A DNA stretch of 40,356 bases, from contig JAJFLD010000039.1 of the NCBI GenBank assembly GCA_021772875.1, positions 1 to 40,356 on the forward strand. Direction: 5' to 3'. Positions 18,751 to 29,133 of this stretch are shown in pieces. The notes under the pieces are model-generated. The model saw only the letters and a program-made list of their open reading frames with translations, ran no database searches and was not told the origin of the DNA. Numbering within the stretch: position 1 is the first letter of the stretch; the number at the start of each line of letters is the position of its first letter. Position numbers and translations under genes: made by a program. The stretch comes from Ghiorsea sp. (GTDB lineage: Bacteria > Pseudomonadota > Zetaproteobacteria > Mariprofundales > Mariprofundaceae).

Positions 18751-20046
18751 ATGTCTGAATTTACAGATTATAAAGTCGCTGATATGTCATTGGCAGCATG
18801 GGGTCGCAAAGAAGTTACAATTGCGGAAACTGAAATGCCTGGTTTGATGGCTTTGCGTGACGAATATAAAGGTCAAAAACCATTGGCAGGCGCACGTATT
18901 GTTGGTTGTTTGCACATGACCATTCAAACAGCAGTGTTGATGGAAACATTGATTGATTTGGGTGCAGAAGTGCGCTGGTCATCATGTAATATCTTTTCTA
19001 CACAAGATCAAGCTGCTGCGGCAATGGTTGCAGCAGGTATTCCAACGTTTGCTTGGAAAGGCGAAACAGAAGAAGAGTTTTGGTGGTGTATTGAGCAAAC
19101 TGTTCATGGCCCAAATGGTTGGACACCAAACCTTATCCTAGATGATGGTGGTGATGTAACCCAACTGATTCATGATAAATACCCTGAATTATTAAAAGAT
19201 ATCAAAGGTTTGTCTGAAGAAACAACAACAGGCGTTCACCGTTTGTATGAAATGGCGAAAAAAGGCGAGTTAAAAATCCCTGCGATTAACGTTAATGACT
19301 CGGTAACCAAATCTAAATTTGATAATTTATATGGCTGCCGCGAGTCTTTGCTTGATGGTATCAAACGCGCAACAGATGTGATGATTGCGGGTAAAATCGC
19401 TGTTGTTTTGGGTTATGGTGATGTGGGTAAAGGTTGTGCACAAGCATTTAAAGGCATGGGCGCAACGGTTTGGGTGACTGAAATTGATCCGATTTGTGCG
19501 CTTCAAGCAGCGATGGAAGGTTACCGTGTTGTGGATATGAATGATGCCTGTAAAGAAGGTAATATTTTTGTGACTACTACAGGCAATTACCATGTGATTC
19601 AACACGATCATATGTTGCACATGAAAGATCAATCCATTGTTTGTAACATTGGTCATTTTGATAATGAAATTGATGTGGCTTCTTTGAAACAATACGAGTG
19701 GGACAATGTTAAACCACAAGTGGATCAAATTATTTTCCCCGATGGCAAACGTATTACCTTGTTGGCTGAAGGTCGTTTGGTAAACCTTGGTTGCGCAACA
19801 GGCCACCCAAGCTTTGTGATGTCTGCATCATTCACCAACCAAGTGATGGCGCAAATTGAGCTTTGGGAAAACCACAGCAACTACAGCAATGAAGTGTATG
19901 TATTACCAAAACGCTTGGATGAAAAAGTTGCCCGTTTACACCTTGCCAAAATTGGTGTGAATTTAACGGAACTATCTAAGGAACAAGCTGAGTATATCAG
20001 TGTACCTGTTGAAGGGCCTTATAAGGTTGACCATTATCGTTATTAA
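18751..20046 (+). CDS. ahcY: Adenosylhomocysteinase (start 18751 or 18745)
   Basis: [57 protein letters not shown]. Confidence 0.98.
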   Translation: MSEFTDYKVADMSLAAWGRKEVTIAETEMPGLMALRDEYKGQKPLAGARIVGCLHMTIQTAVLMETLIDLGAEVRWSSCNIFSTQDQAAAAMVAAGIPTFAWKGETEEEFWWCIEQTVHGPNGWTPNLILDDGGDVTQLIHDKYPELLKDIKGLSEETTTGVHRLYEMAKKGELKIPAINVNDSVTKSKFDNLYGCRESLLDGIKRATDVMIAGKIAVVLGYGDVGKGCAQAFKGMGATVWVTEIDPICALQAAMEGYRVVDMNDACKEGNIFVTTTGNYHVIQHDHMLHMKDQSIVCNIGHFDNEIDVASLKQYEWDNVKPQVDQIIFPDGKRITLLAEGRLVNLGCATGHPSFVMSASFTNQVMAQIELWENHSNYSNEVYVLPKRLDEKVARLHLAKIGVNLTELSKEQAEYISVPVEGPYKVDHYRY

Positions 20047-20320
20047 ACAAAAGCGATGCTTTTGGTTGGGGGTGGCAGTATCGTTGATACTGCCACTTTC
20101 TGTTTTGGCAGCAAATTCAGACATATATCATCTGTTTGATAAAAATAAAGATGGTATTATTGATAGAACAGATTGGCGAAAAATGAATAAAGATGAACGA
20201 AAAACATATGCCCGAATGTCTTTAGAAGATATTGGTGAAAATCCAGATGCTTTTGTGGCTAAAGATAAAACACGCGAAAAGTTTTTATTAGAAGGTTTAG
20301 AAGCTATTTACAATCAATAA
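20027..20320 (+). CDS. Small secreted protein with one EF-hand-like loop (start uncertain)
   Basis: Signal-peptide-like [22 protein letters not shown] followed by [14 protein letters not shown]; ORF fills the ahcY-rdgB gap; TTG at 20027 is the tentative start. Confidence 0.6.
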   Translation: MTIIVIKQKRCFWLGVAVSLILPLSVLAANSDIYHLFDKNKDGIIDRTDWRKMNKDERKTYARMSLEDIGENPDAFVAKDKTREKFLLEGLEAIYNQ

Positions 20321-20321
20321 C

Positions 20322-20912
20322 TTATGTGGTGCCTAATTGCACTTGAAGTTGTTTTAAGGCACGGCCACGGTGAGAGACAGATGTTTTTTCTTCCAGACTT
20401 GATTGGGCAAAAGTTTTTCCCAATTCAGGAGAGAAGAATAAGGGGTCATAACCAAAACCAATATCACCTGTTAAGCTTTCAACAATAGAGCCTTCTACAC
20501 GGCCCTCTGCAACGATTGCATCATGGTTTGGTATAGATAGGTGCAAAGCACAGATAAAATGCGCTTGCCTATGCTTTATGCCCTTTAATTTAGCCAGTAA
20601 CTGGGCATTGTTATCCGCATCCGTAGCTGCTTCACCTGCAAAACGCGCAGAATATACACCTGGCGCATCCTTTAAGGCTCGAACACATAACCCAGAATCA
20701 TCAGCCAAAGCGGGCAGTTTGTTGGCGACCATAAATGCATCGGCTTTTTTCTTGGCATTGTCAGCAAAGGTTTGACCATCTTCAATCACATCAACAAAAA
20801 TAGTTTCTGCTGCGGGCACAACATTAATACCTAAAACACCAAGAATAGCTTCGATTTCAGCCCGTTTTTTGAGATTGTTGCTGGCAATAACAAGCTGTTG
20901 GATAACTTGCAT
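20322..20912 (-). CDS. rdgB: Non-canonical purine NTP pyrophosphatase (HAM1/RdgB)
   Basis: ASNNLKK, ALADDSGL, PGVYSARFAG, GFGYDPLF, SHRGRAL. Confidence 0.95.
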   Translation of the reverse strand: MQVIQQLVIASNNLKKRAEIEAILGVLGINVVPAAETIFVDVIEDGQTFADNAKKKADAFMVANKLPALADDSGLCVRALKDAPGVYSARFAGEAATDADNNAQLLAKLKGIKHRQAHFICALHLSIPNHDAIVAEGRVEGSIVESLTGDIGFGYDPLFFSPELGKTFAQSSLEEKTSVSHRGRALKQLQVQLGTT

Positions 20913-20921
20913 AAGAGGGGT

Positions 20922-21851
20922 TTAAGTGTTTTGACTGCTGTATAAAGCTTGTAAAATTTCACGTGCGCCAAGGTCTAAAATGATATCCGCAAGCTGAATG
21001 CCCAAAGCTTCACCTTCGCTACGCAAGCCAGAAACATTGCGGCGAATCAATTGTGAACCATCGACAGCACCGACCACACCTTCCAAATGTAATTTGTCGC
21101 CATCAAGTGTCGCATAAGCACCAATAGGTACTTGGCAGCCGCCTTCTAAACGCGCTAAAAATGCGCGTTCGGCACGGGTTCTGTCGGTAGTATCGATATG
21201 ATTGAGTTGATCGACCAAACGATTGGTTTCAATATCATCATTACGGGTTTGAATGCCTAAAGTGCCTTGGGCAACAGCAGGCAAAACATCTTCAACTTCG
21301 AGATAACCATGCATCTGATCTTGCATGCCCATACGAATAATACCTGCTGCGGCAAGAATCACGGCATCAACTTCGGTGCCAAGTTTGTTACGACGGGTTT
21401 GAATATTACCACGAATAGAGACACATTTAAATTTGGGATATTTGGCATTGATTTGGGCAATGCGGCGTAAGCTGGATGTGCCAACCGTGGCATCTTCAGG
21501 CAATGAATCCAAATCACCACCTGTAATGGTTGCATAAACATCACGTGCATCTTCGCGTTCAGGATGCACACGGATAGACGTGCCAGCGGGGAGTTCGGTA
21601 GGTACATCTTTCATGGAATGCACGGCAATATCGGCGCGGCCATCAAGTAAGGCTTCATCAATTTCTTTGGTAAATAGGCCTTTCCCCCCTACTTTTGCCA
21701 AAGGCACATCTAGGATTTTATCGCCACGGGTTACAATTTTAACCAGCTCAGTAGTGGTGCCAGGAAACAAACGCTCCAATTCAGCAGAGACCCACTCAGC
21801 TTGCCAAAGGGCAAGGGGTGATTTGCGAGTTGCAATGCGAATATGGGTCAT
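20922..21851 (-). CDS. hemC: Hydroxymethylbilane synthase
   Basis: IATRKSPLALWQA, GGKGLFTKE, AVHSMKDVP, GTSSLRR, LEGGCQVP; AGGAG SD before ATG at 21851. Confidence 0.97.
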   Translation of the reverse strand: MTHIRIATRKSPLALWQAEWVSAELERLFPGTTTELVKIVTRGDKILDVPLAKVGGKGLFTKEIDEALLDGRADIAVHSMKDVPTELPAGTSIRVHPEREDARDVYATITGGDLDSLPEDATVGTSSLRRIAQINAKYPKFKCVSIRGNIQTRRNKLGTEVDAVILAAAGIIRMGMQDQMHGYLEVEDVLPAVAQGTLGIQTRNDDIETNRLVDQLNHIDTTDRTRAERAFLARLEGGCQVPIGAYATLDGDKLHLEGVVGAVDGSQLIRRNVSGLRSEGEALGIQLADIILDLGAREILQALYSSQNT

Positions 21852-21906
21852 GAAATAGCTCCTAAAGGCCGTGGTGTTTAAAACATTCAAGCAGGCTATG
21901 CAAAAG

Positions 21907-22926
21907 CTAATTTGAAAGGGTGAACAAACGCGCTTGATTGATAGGAGAGCTTAAAGGTTTAATATCGACAATAGTCTCTTTTCCTTTTTTTAATTGCAAG
22001 CGCAAGGGCACTGCTTCCATCTTCTCTAACTTAGAAAATGTTGCAAAATCAGCAAAATCTTCAGCCCAAGTAAGAGATGCATAAAGTGTGACAAAGGGTG
22101 TTTGTTTTAAGTGTGTAAAAATAGCTAGCAGCTTAGCGTTGTTGATAGTACCACGTTGGACAGTTAATTGATAAGCATTGAGTCGTTTTCGTTCAGAGAA
22201 TTCAAAAGCTTGAATGGGTTGGTTATAGTTAAGCCAAACATTTTTAGTGAACGGCGTTTCTTTATTTTTTATGTGTAAATAGCGCTGCATAAAGGGATCT
22301 ACAAAAGGTGTTTGGTAAGTTTCAAAATCAATAATGTGTGCAGTTTCATGGAATAATGCATAGGTCAAAGCGGGCATATCGGGCAAACCAACATAATGAA
22401 TGCGATACTCACCTTGGCTAAACATAGAATTGGCGCGATATTCTAACCAATCTTTGGTGTTGGTATGGAATAATTTCGGGTTGAGTATGATGGTATAAAA
22501 GCGTTGATCCTTCTCACCCTTGAGCACCCAGTCTGTAATGCCAGCACCCATTAAGTTTTCGACAAAAAAGATGCGTACCAGTTTTTCTTTTAACACTTTT
22601 TGCCATGATAAAGGTAGCTTGGCCAAAGATTGTCTTAATGTTTCTTTTTCAGCCTGTGAGGGTACATAATTTTTATAAGTTAAAGCAATAGGGTTAAGTT
22701 GACTATCGGCATTTTGCCATGTTGTGAGCAATGGATTTGGTATGGGGGAAGTGCGTTGGGCAAGCGGTTGTTTGTTATGGAAGGATAATTGCTGGCCCCA
22801 TTGTTGACGTTGTTCGAGGTTAATATCCTCAATGTCTGTTGAGTGTTGGCAGCTTGATTGAAGACATAATAGCAGACTTAAACCAATCAAGATAAGTAAG
22901 TGTTTATGGGTGGATTGTAGTGGCAT
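21907..22926 (-). CDS. Hypothetical exported (lipo)protein with zincin-like HExxH motif
   Basis: Hydrophobic signal ending LQSSC; ALFHETAH and downstream YASLTWAEDFAD; AAGGAG SD before ATG at 22926. Confidence 0.7.
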   Translation of the reverse strand: MPLQSTHKHLLILIGLSLLLCLQSSCQHSTDIEDINLEQRQQWGQQLSFHNKQPLAQRTSPIPNPLLTTWQNADSQLNPIALTYKNYVPSQAEKETLRQSLAKLPLSWQKVLKEKLVRIFFVENLMGAGITDWVLKGEKDQRFYTIILNPKLFHTNTKDWLEYRANSMFSQGEYRIHYVGLPDMPALTYALFHETAHIIDFETYQTPFVDPFMQRYLHIKNKETPFTKNVWLNYNQPIQAFEFSERKRLNAYQLTVQRGTINNAKLLAIFTHLKQTPFVTLYASLTWAEDFADFATFSKLEKMEAVPLRLQLKKGKETIVDIKPLSSPINQARLFTLSN

Positions 22927-22993
22927 AAACAACTCCTTCATGGCGAATATTTACCTGTTATTGTCCATGGCAATCCGTAGCTTGGGGTGAATG

Positions 22994-23848
22994 TTACGAT
23001 GTATAGCTTAAAACCAAGCCGATGAAAATGATAGCCCCCAACATATTATTGTTTAAAAAAGCCTTAAAGCAGGATTGGGGCAACCAATGAGTAATGAGTA
23101 TTTGATGGTATACCGCCAAAGCAAAAGCCATGGCTAAACCAGTAAAATAATAGCTGTTGAGCTGATAAGACCAGCCTAGTTTTAACATCAGACCGAAAAA
23201 CATGAGTTGGAACAAACCAATCCAAAAGTTGTTCAAGCGGCCAAACAAGACAGCTGTCGATTTGATGCCTACTTTGAGATCATCTTCATAATCAACCATG
23301 GCATACATGGTATCGTATGCAACCACCCAGCAGACATTGGCCAAAAAAAGTAACCAAGCTTCAGTTGGAATTGTGCCTAGGCTTGCCATATAAACCATAG
23401 GTATGGCCCAGCCAAAAGCAGCCCCGAGAAACACTTGGGGGAAGTGAGTGTAACGTTTCATAAAGGGGTAAATGATTGCTAAAATTAAAGCCACAAAAGA
23501 TAGGCCAATGGTTTGCCAATCCAAAGATAAAACCAAAATAAATGCACAAGTGATGAGGCTAAAAAATAAAATGAGTGCATGTTTTGAAGATATTTCACCC
23601 GTAGCCAATGGGCGCAACGCTGTGCGTTTGACAAAACCATCCACTTTCCGATCAGCAAAATCGTTGATAACGCAACCTGCGGCGCGCATCAAAAATACAC
23701 CCAGCACAAAAACAGTCACAATAAAAGGGTTTGGATGTCCCGCATTGGCAAGCCAGAGCGCCCATAATGTGGGCCAAAGCAGTAAAAAATTTCCCACGGG
23801 TTTGTCCAAGCGCATCAAACGCATGTAAGGGTTTTGTTTCCAGTTCAT
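22994..23848 (-). CDS. ubiA: 4-hydroxybenzoate polyprenyltransferase
   Basis: LMRLDKPVG, GCVINDFADR, RTALRPLATG, YDTMYAMVD.EDD; ATG at 23848 overlaps the dgkA stop. Confidence 0.95.
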   Translation of the reverse strand: MNWKQNPYMRLMRLDKPVGNFLLLWPTLWALWLANAGHPNPFIVTVFVLGVFLMRAAGCVINDFADRKVDGFVKRTALRPLATGEISSKHALILFFSLITCAFILVLSLDWQTIGLSFVALILAIIYPFMKRYTHFPQVFLGAAFGWAIPMVYMASLGTIPTEAWLLFLANVCWVVAYDTMYAMVDYEDDLKVGIKSTAVLFGRLNNFWIGLFQLMFFGLMLKLGWSYQLNSYYFTGLAMAFALAVYHQILITHWLPQSCFKAFLNNNMLGAIIFIGLVLSYTS

Positions 23849-24207
23849 GGCTGTAGCAGCAAAAGAATCCAAGTGCAGGCAAAAATAATACTACTCATAA
23901 ACACTGCGGCAGAGCCCAAATCTTTAGCCCGACCAGATAATGTATGGAATTCGGTGCCCACTCTATCTACAACTGCTTCGATAGCAGAATTGAGCAATTC
24001 AACAACAAGCACGAGCAGCCAAGAGCCAGCCAATAAAACACGTTCAACACCATTTTCACCGCAATACCAAGCAAGCGGCAAAATAAAAAATGAGGCGACC
24101 ACTTCAATACGAAATGCCTGCTCAAATTGCCATGCAGCTTTTAGACCAGCAAGCGACCACTTGGTTGCATGAAATAAATGCTCAAGTGGGTGGTGAGATG
24201 GCTTCAT
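23845..24207 (-). CDS. dgkA: Diacylglycerol kinase
   Basis: EQAFRIE, ELLNSAIEAVVDR, AKDLGSAAV. Confidence 0.95.
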   Translation of the reverse strand: MKPSHHPLEHLFHATKWSLAGLKAAWQFEQAFRIEVVASFFILPLAWYCGENGVERVLLAGSWLLVLVVELLNSAIEAVVDRVGTEFHTLSGRAKDLGSAAVFMSSIIFACTWILLLLQP

Positions 24208-25655
24208 GAAGGGCGTTTGTCGTAGTAGCGAAGCAGAGATAGCTGCGGTGAGCGTTTTTCTTCAATCGGGACAGGGTAATCACCAGTAAAACAGGCATCG
24301 CAATGATTACCGCGTGGTTTACCAATGGCGCGATACAAACCTTCGTTAGAAACAAAAGCCAAGGAATCTGCACCAATCGCCTTACACATTTCTTCCAAAT
24401 TCATACGATTGGCCATCAACTCTTCAGAATCGGGTGTGTTGATACCATAAAAGCAGGAGTTTTTGGTTGGCGGACTCGAGATGCGCATATGAATTTCGGC
24501 AGCACCAGCGGCACGAACCATTTCCACGATTTTACGGCTGGTTGTACCTCGAACAATAGAATCATCCACCAAAACAACACGTTTACCTTGAATCATACCA
24601 CGGTTTGGATTGAGCTTTAACTTCACGCCAAAGTTGCGAATACTTTGTTTGGGTTCAATAAATGTGCGCCCTACATAATGGTTACGAATCAAACCCATTT
24701 GAAAGGGGATACCAGCTTGAATGGCAAAACCCATCGCAGGCGGAGTGCCCGAATCAGGTACAGGAATAACCAAATCTGCGTCCACATAAGATTCTTTGGC
24801 CAGCTCAGTGCCAATATTGTAGCGGGCTTGGTAGACATTAACGCCTTCAAGGTTGGAGTCTGGCCGCGCAAAGTAGACATATTCAAAAACGCAGAACCGA
24901 GGAGAAGCATTGGCAAAAGCTGCAAAGGAAGTAAGTGTGCCATCCTTATGGATAGCAACCAATTCACCCGGTTTGACATCACGTATAAACTCAGCGCCAA
25001 CCAAGTCAAAGGCGCATGTTTCACTGGCCATCACCCATGAACCATCTAATTTACCCAAGACCAAAGGGCGTAGACCATTGGGGTCACGCACGCCAAATAA
25101 ACATGATTCAGTCATCACCAAAACAGAAAAACCACCTGCAAGTCGTTGTACAGCTTCGGTTAAACGTTCACGTGTAGTCGCGGCTTGGCTTTTGGCCAAC
25201 AAATGAATAATCACTTCAGTATCGGAAGAAGATTGGAAAATAGAGCCTGATTTTTCCAGTTCAGTTCTTAATAAATCGGCATTGATGATATTGCCATTAT
25301 GGCACATGGAGATACCACCATGTGCATATTGATACATAAAGGGTTGGCAATTGCGTAAACCCAGGTCGCCAGATGTAGAATAACGCACATGGCCAATAGC
25401 ACTGCGCCCTTCGAGTTTGACGATATCTTCTTTTTGATAAACATCAGAAACCAAACCCATGCCACGGTGGTTGTTAAAGTTTTTACCATCAGTTGAGACA
25501 ATGCCTGTTGATTCTTGGCCACGATGTTGCAGCGCGTAGAGCCCTAAGTAGGTTAAGTTGGCAGCTTCTGGATGGTCTAAAACGCCAAAAACACCACATT
25601 CGTCACGAAAGTGATCATCCTCGAAATGTGTTGTGGCAAGTTCTACGTTTTTCAT
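24204..25655 (-). CDS. purF: Amidophosphoribosyltransferase
   Basis: ECGVFG, LQHRGQES, GHVRYST, VLVDDSIVRGTT, CDACFTGDYP. Confidence 0.97.
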   Translation of the reverse strand: MKNVELATTHFEDDHFRDECGVFGVLDHPEAANLTYLGLYALQHRGQESTGIVSTDGKNFNNHRGMGLVSDVYQKEDIVKLEGRSAIGHVRYSTSGDLGLRNCQPFMYQYAHGGISMCHNGNIINADLLRTELEKSGSIFQSSSDTEVIIHLLAKSQAATTRERLTEAVQRLAGGFSVLVMTESCLFGVRDPNGLRPLVLGKLDGSWVMASETCAFDLVGAEFIRDVKPGELVAIHKDGTLTSFAAFANASPRFCVFEYVYFARPDSNLEGVNVYQARYNIGTELAKESYVDADLVIPVPDSGTPPAMGFAIQAGIPFQMGLIRNHYVGRTFIEPKQSIRNFGVKLKLNPNRGMIQGKRVVLVDDSIVRGTTSRKIVEMVRAAGAAEIHMRISSPPTKNSCFYGINTPDSEELMANRMNLEEMCKAIGADSLAFVSNEGLYRAIGKPRGNHCDACFTGDYPVPIEEKRSPQLSLLRYYDKRPS

Positions 25656-26269
25656 GGTTTAGCATCCTTGAGGGTGTCCAACAAAAGCGATTTCATGGCT
25701 TCTTGGTCTTCGGGGCTGATATGTTGTTTCATGTTTTGAATAGCTTGCTGCGGTGAAATTTGTGGCGAGGCCAGCTTGGCATCGCCTTGTGTAGAGAATG
25801 GATAACCTTCAGGTATGGTTTTTCCGATGAGTTGGCTCAGCTGAATGGCATAAGGTGAGAGCAGGCTTTTGCTCATCCAAGTTTGATTGGGTTTGGCATA
25901 TGCCGTGTAAATAAGGAAAGCCACACCAATCAAAAGCAAACCACGCGCAGCACCAAAAAAGATGCCTAAGGTTCGATCGGTGGCCGTTAAGGCTGCCATG
26001 TCCACAAGTTTGCGCATGATAAAACCAATCATACCCACAATAAACATAATCAAGACAAAGAGCAGCATAAAACCAGCGATATTGGCAAGGCTATCTTGCG
26101 TAATCCATTGGCCGAGATAACCACCAACATCGCCTGAAAAACGGCTTGCTATTAAAAAAGCAAGCACCAAACCAATCAAAGAAATAATTTCGCGAACAAA
26201 ACCACGCCACAAGGATAAAACCATAGAAAGGCCAACGATAGTGATGAGTACGTAATCAAAAAAGTTCAC
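25652..26269 (-). CDS. cvpA: CvpA family membrane protein
   Basis: RGFVREIISL, DRTLGIFFGAARG; directly upstream of purF. Confidence 0.92.
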   Translation of the reverse strand: MNFFDYVLITIVGLSMVLSLWRGFVREIISLIGLVLAFLIASRFSGDVGGYLGQWITQDSLANIAGFMLLFVLIMFIVGMIGFIMRKLVDMAALTATDRTLGIFFGAARGLLLIGVAFLIYTAYAKPNQTWMSKSLLSPYAIQLSQLIGKTIPEGYPFSTQGDAKLASPQISPQQAIQNMKQHISPEDQEAMKSLLLDTLKDAKP

Positions 26270-26300
26270 ATTATCCTCTGTGTTGAAGACTCAAACATCA

Positions 26301-27695
26301 TTAAAATGCAAGTTGTACCGCATTACTTAAATGTTTTGCAGGCATGGTTTGCCAGCTACCATCTTGTTTTGAATTGCGCACAATAGCAGCGATATTTGCT
26401 TCCTGCACTCTTGTATTGTTGCCATGCGGCAAAAGCAGCTGTGTAAAGCCCAAATTAGCAGCTTCTTTGGCACGTGATTCAGGCGCACCAACGGGACGAA
26501 TCTCGCCAGTTAAACCCACTTCGCCGAAAACCACCAAGTCTGCGGGCAAGGCTTTTTCTTGGAATGCGGAAAGAATTGCCAACACCACACCAAGATCGGA
26601 GGCGGGTTCTGTAAGTTTTACGCCCCCCACTACATTCACATAAATATCTTGCGTACCCAAGGGTATGCCTACTCGCCGCTCCAATACAGCAGTTAACATC
26701 GCTACACGGGTACTATCCACGCCCACTGTCGAACGTTTGGGTGTTGCATACACGGTCGGCACAACAAGGGCTTGAATTTCCACTAAAATAGGGCGCGTGC
26801 CTTCCATGCAAGCCACCACTACCGAACCAGGAACATCCACTGCACGTTCGGCTAAAAACATACGTGAAGCATCACGGATGCCTGTTAAACCTTTATCGCT
26901 CATTTCAAACACACCGATTTCACCAGCCGGACCAAAGCGATTTTTAACAGCGCGAATAACCCTATGGTTATGCCCCCTATCGCCTTCGAAATAAAGCACG
27001 GCATCCACCATATGTTCCAACACTCGTGGCCCAGCGATACTGCCATCTTTGGTGACATGGCCAACCAAAATCAAAGCATGGCCAAGTGTTTTGGCACTGC
27101 GAATTAATGCCGCAGCACAATCGCGCACTTGGGCTACTGTGCCGGGTGCCGAAGAGAGTTGGTTGGTCACTGTGGTTTGAATGGAGTCTATGATGACAGT
27201 GTGCGGTTTTATTTTTGCGATGGTTGATAACATGGCTTCTAAATCACAAGAGGTGGTGAGCTGAAGGTTTTTATGCAGCGCTTGAATGCGCTCACCCCTT
27301 AAATGCACTTGTCGTGCTGATTCTTCCCCCGTGATATACAAAACGGAACCAGGATGTTCTGCCAACTTGGCGCTGGCTTGTAATAATAAAGTTGATTTGC
27401 CTATGCCTGGATCACCGCCAATCAAAATCGCTGAACCGCGCACCAAACCACCACCAAGCACCCTATCGAGTTCTTCAATATTGGTGAGGCGGCGCGGAGC
27501 ATCTTGGCTGTTGATCGTGGTGATGGATTCAGGGGTTAAGGCATGGCTGAGGCTTACCTTTTGATTACGAAAACCAGATACTTCCACAGCCTGTTCGGAA
27601 ATGGTGTTCCAAGCTTGGCAATCAGGGCATTGCCCTTGCCATTTGCGCTGCTCAGCGCCACATGTCTGACACACATAAGTCGATTTGGCTGCCAT
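26301..27695 (-). CDS. radA: DNA repair protein RadA/Sms
   Basis: C4 zinc finger, GDPGIGKST, KNRFG motif, Lon-like C-terminus. Confidence 0.97.
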   Translation of the reverse strand: MAAKSTYVCQTCGAEQRKWQGQCPDCQAWNTISEQAVEVSGFRNQKVSLSHALTPESITTINSQDAPRRLTNIEELDRVLGGGLVRGSAILIGGDPGIGKSTLLLQASAKLAEHPGSVLYITGEESARQVHLRGERIQALHKNLQLTTSCDLEAMLSTIAKIKPHTVIIDSIQTTVTNQLSSAPGTVAQVRDCAAALIRSAKTLGHALILVGHVTKDGSIAGPRVLEHMVDAVLYFEGDRGHNHRVIRAVKNRFGPAGEIGVFEMSDKGLTGIRDASRMFLAERAVDVPGSVVVACMEGTRPILVEIQALVVPTVYATPKRSTVGVDSTRVAMLTAVLERRVGIPLGTQDIYVNVVGGVKLTEPASDLGVVLAILSAFQEKALPADLVVFGEVGLTGEIRPVGAPESRAKEAANLGFTQLLLPHGNNTRVQEANIAAIVRNSKQDGSWQTMPAKHLSNAVQLAF

Positions 27696-27711
27696 GTTTA
27701 GTTAACCCCTA

Positions 27712-28596
27712 TCATGTGCAAGCATGCATCAATGCTTGTACACCCTCAACTTCGCAGACCAACAAGGTTGTACAGCCTGCCGCTAAAGCAGCTTTTGCAG
27801 CAGCGGGTACAGCCATACCACAGCCTTTCATGCATAAGTCATCGCTCCAGATTTCCCCTTCAAACTTCATCTGCTTTTGGAGTATGTCCTGCAGCCAAAA
27901 CGGAGAAAAGGTAGCAACGTGTGCGGTAATATTGGGGTATGCGACATGGGCAGTCATGATATGTTGTAGCCCTTGGGCAAAGAGCTGGGGGAAAGCATCA
28001 GCTTCCGACAATATAGTGTCCAAATCTGCATCAACTTCAGGCATAGCAAGGTGAGAATCTGCATCGGCTCTGCCGTGACCAGGGAAATGTTTGCCAATAG
28101 CTTGAATGCCAGCATCGTGTAAACCAAACATACAAGCTGCAGCTAAGCTTGCGATAGTATCAGGCGATGTGGCATAAGCACGATTGCCAATGATGGGGTC
28201 GCCTTGAGCATAAAAAATATCCAGTACGGGCGCACAATTATGCGTAAAGCCAAGTGTTTTGAGCGCTTGCCCTGCTTTGTGGGCATCGGCAAATACACCT
28301 TGCACAGCTGCTTCTGGGTTTTGTGCGTATAAAGCGCCAAAATCAGCAGCTTGAATGCGATTGTTAAAAGGAGCCCAAGGCATACGGTGGACACGCCCAC
28401 CCTCTTCATCAATGGCCGCCCAAATATGTGCTCCTGCATAATGGCGTACATCCGCCAGCAATGCTGTCACTTGTTCAGGTGATTGCACATTACGCGCAAA
28501 CAAAATCACCCCTTTGGGTGTTTTGTGTTGCAACCATTCGATTTCTTGTGGGTTTAAGGTCAAACCCTCTAAACCTATCACTGTGTGTTGATACAT
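27712..28596 (-). CDS. nagZ: Beta-N-acetylhexosaminidase (GH3)
   Basis: GVILFARN, DEEGGRV, KHFPGHG...DSH, SDDLCM. Confidence 0.93.
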   Translation of the reverse strand: MYQHTVIGLEGLTLNPQEIEWLQHKTPKGVILFARNVQSPEQVTALLADVRHYAGAHIWAAIDEEGGRVHRMPWAPFNNRIQAADFGALYAQNPEAAVQGVFADAHKAGQALKTLGFTHNCAPVLDIFYAQGDPIIGNRAYATSPDTIASLAAACMFGLHDAGIQAIGKHFPGHGRADADSHLAMPEVDADLDTILSEADAFPQLFAQGLQHIMTAHVAYPNITAHVATFSPFWLQDILQKQMKFEGEIWSDDLCMKGCGMAVPAAAKAALAAGCTTLLVCEVEGVQALMHACT

Positions 28597-28641
28597 GGCG
28601 GCTAGCCTAACCGCGAAGTGAAATGAAACATAACAATACGT

Positions 28642-29130
28642 TTAGGTAGAAGCTTGCAACCACTTCTGCACGATGTTGGTTGTGAGTGAAAAAGGCGAGA
28701 AATCGTATTGTTGCAGTTGCTGGGTAGGCAGGATTTTTACTTCGGCAATTTCCTGACTGAGGGTGATTTCACCGTGTGCGTCAAGATGATAAGCAATCAT
28801 CAATTGATTGCGTGGTTTAAACATGAAATGGCCAATAAAATGGGCATGGTTACAAGATAAACCAAGCTCTTCTTTTAATTCGCGTACAATGGCCGCCTCA
28901 GGCAATTCATCCTTTTCAACAAAGCCTGTAATCATAGAAAACATGTTTTCAGACCACTGATGATTGCGCGCTAAAATATAGTGATTACCACGGCGAACCA
29001 AACCTGCTGCTACAGGTGTTGGGTTGTTCCAATGGATGAAAGAACAGCGCGCTGATGAACATTGCAGCCGCTCAAAACCATCCCTATTTTTAGCCTCAAG
29101 CTTGAGAGAACATTGCGGACAAAAACGCAT
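28642..29130 (-). CDS. Nudix hydrolase with N-terminal zinc ribbon (NudC-like)
   Basis: FCPQC...CSSARC; Nudix box GFVEKDELPEAAIVRELKEELGL. Confidence 0.9.
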   Translation of the reverse strand: MRFCPQCSLKLEAKNRDGFERLQCSSARCSFIHWNNPTPVAAGLVRRGNHYILARNHQWSENMFSMITGFVEKDELPEAAIVRELKEELGLSCNHAHFIGHFMFKPRNQLMIAYHLDAHGEITLSQEIAEVKILPTQQLQQYDFSPFSLTTNIVQKWLQAST

Positions 29131-29133
29131 GCT

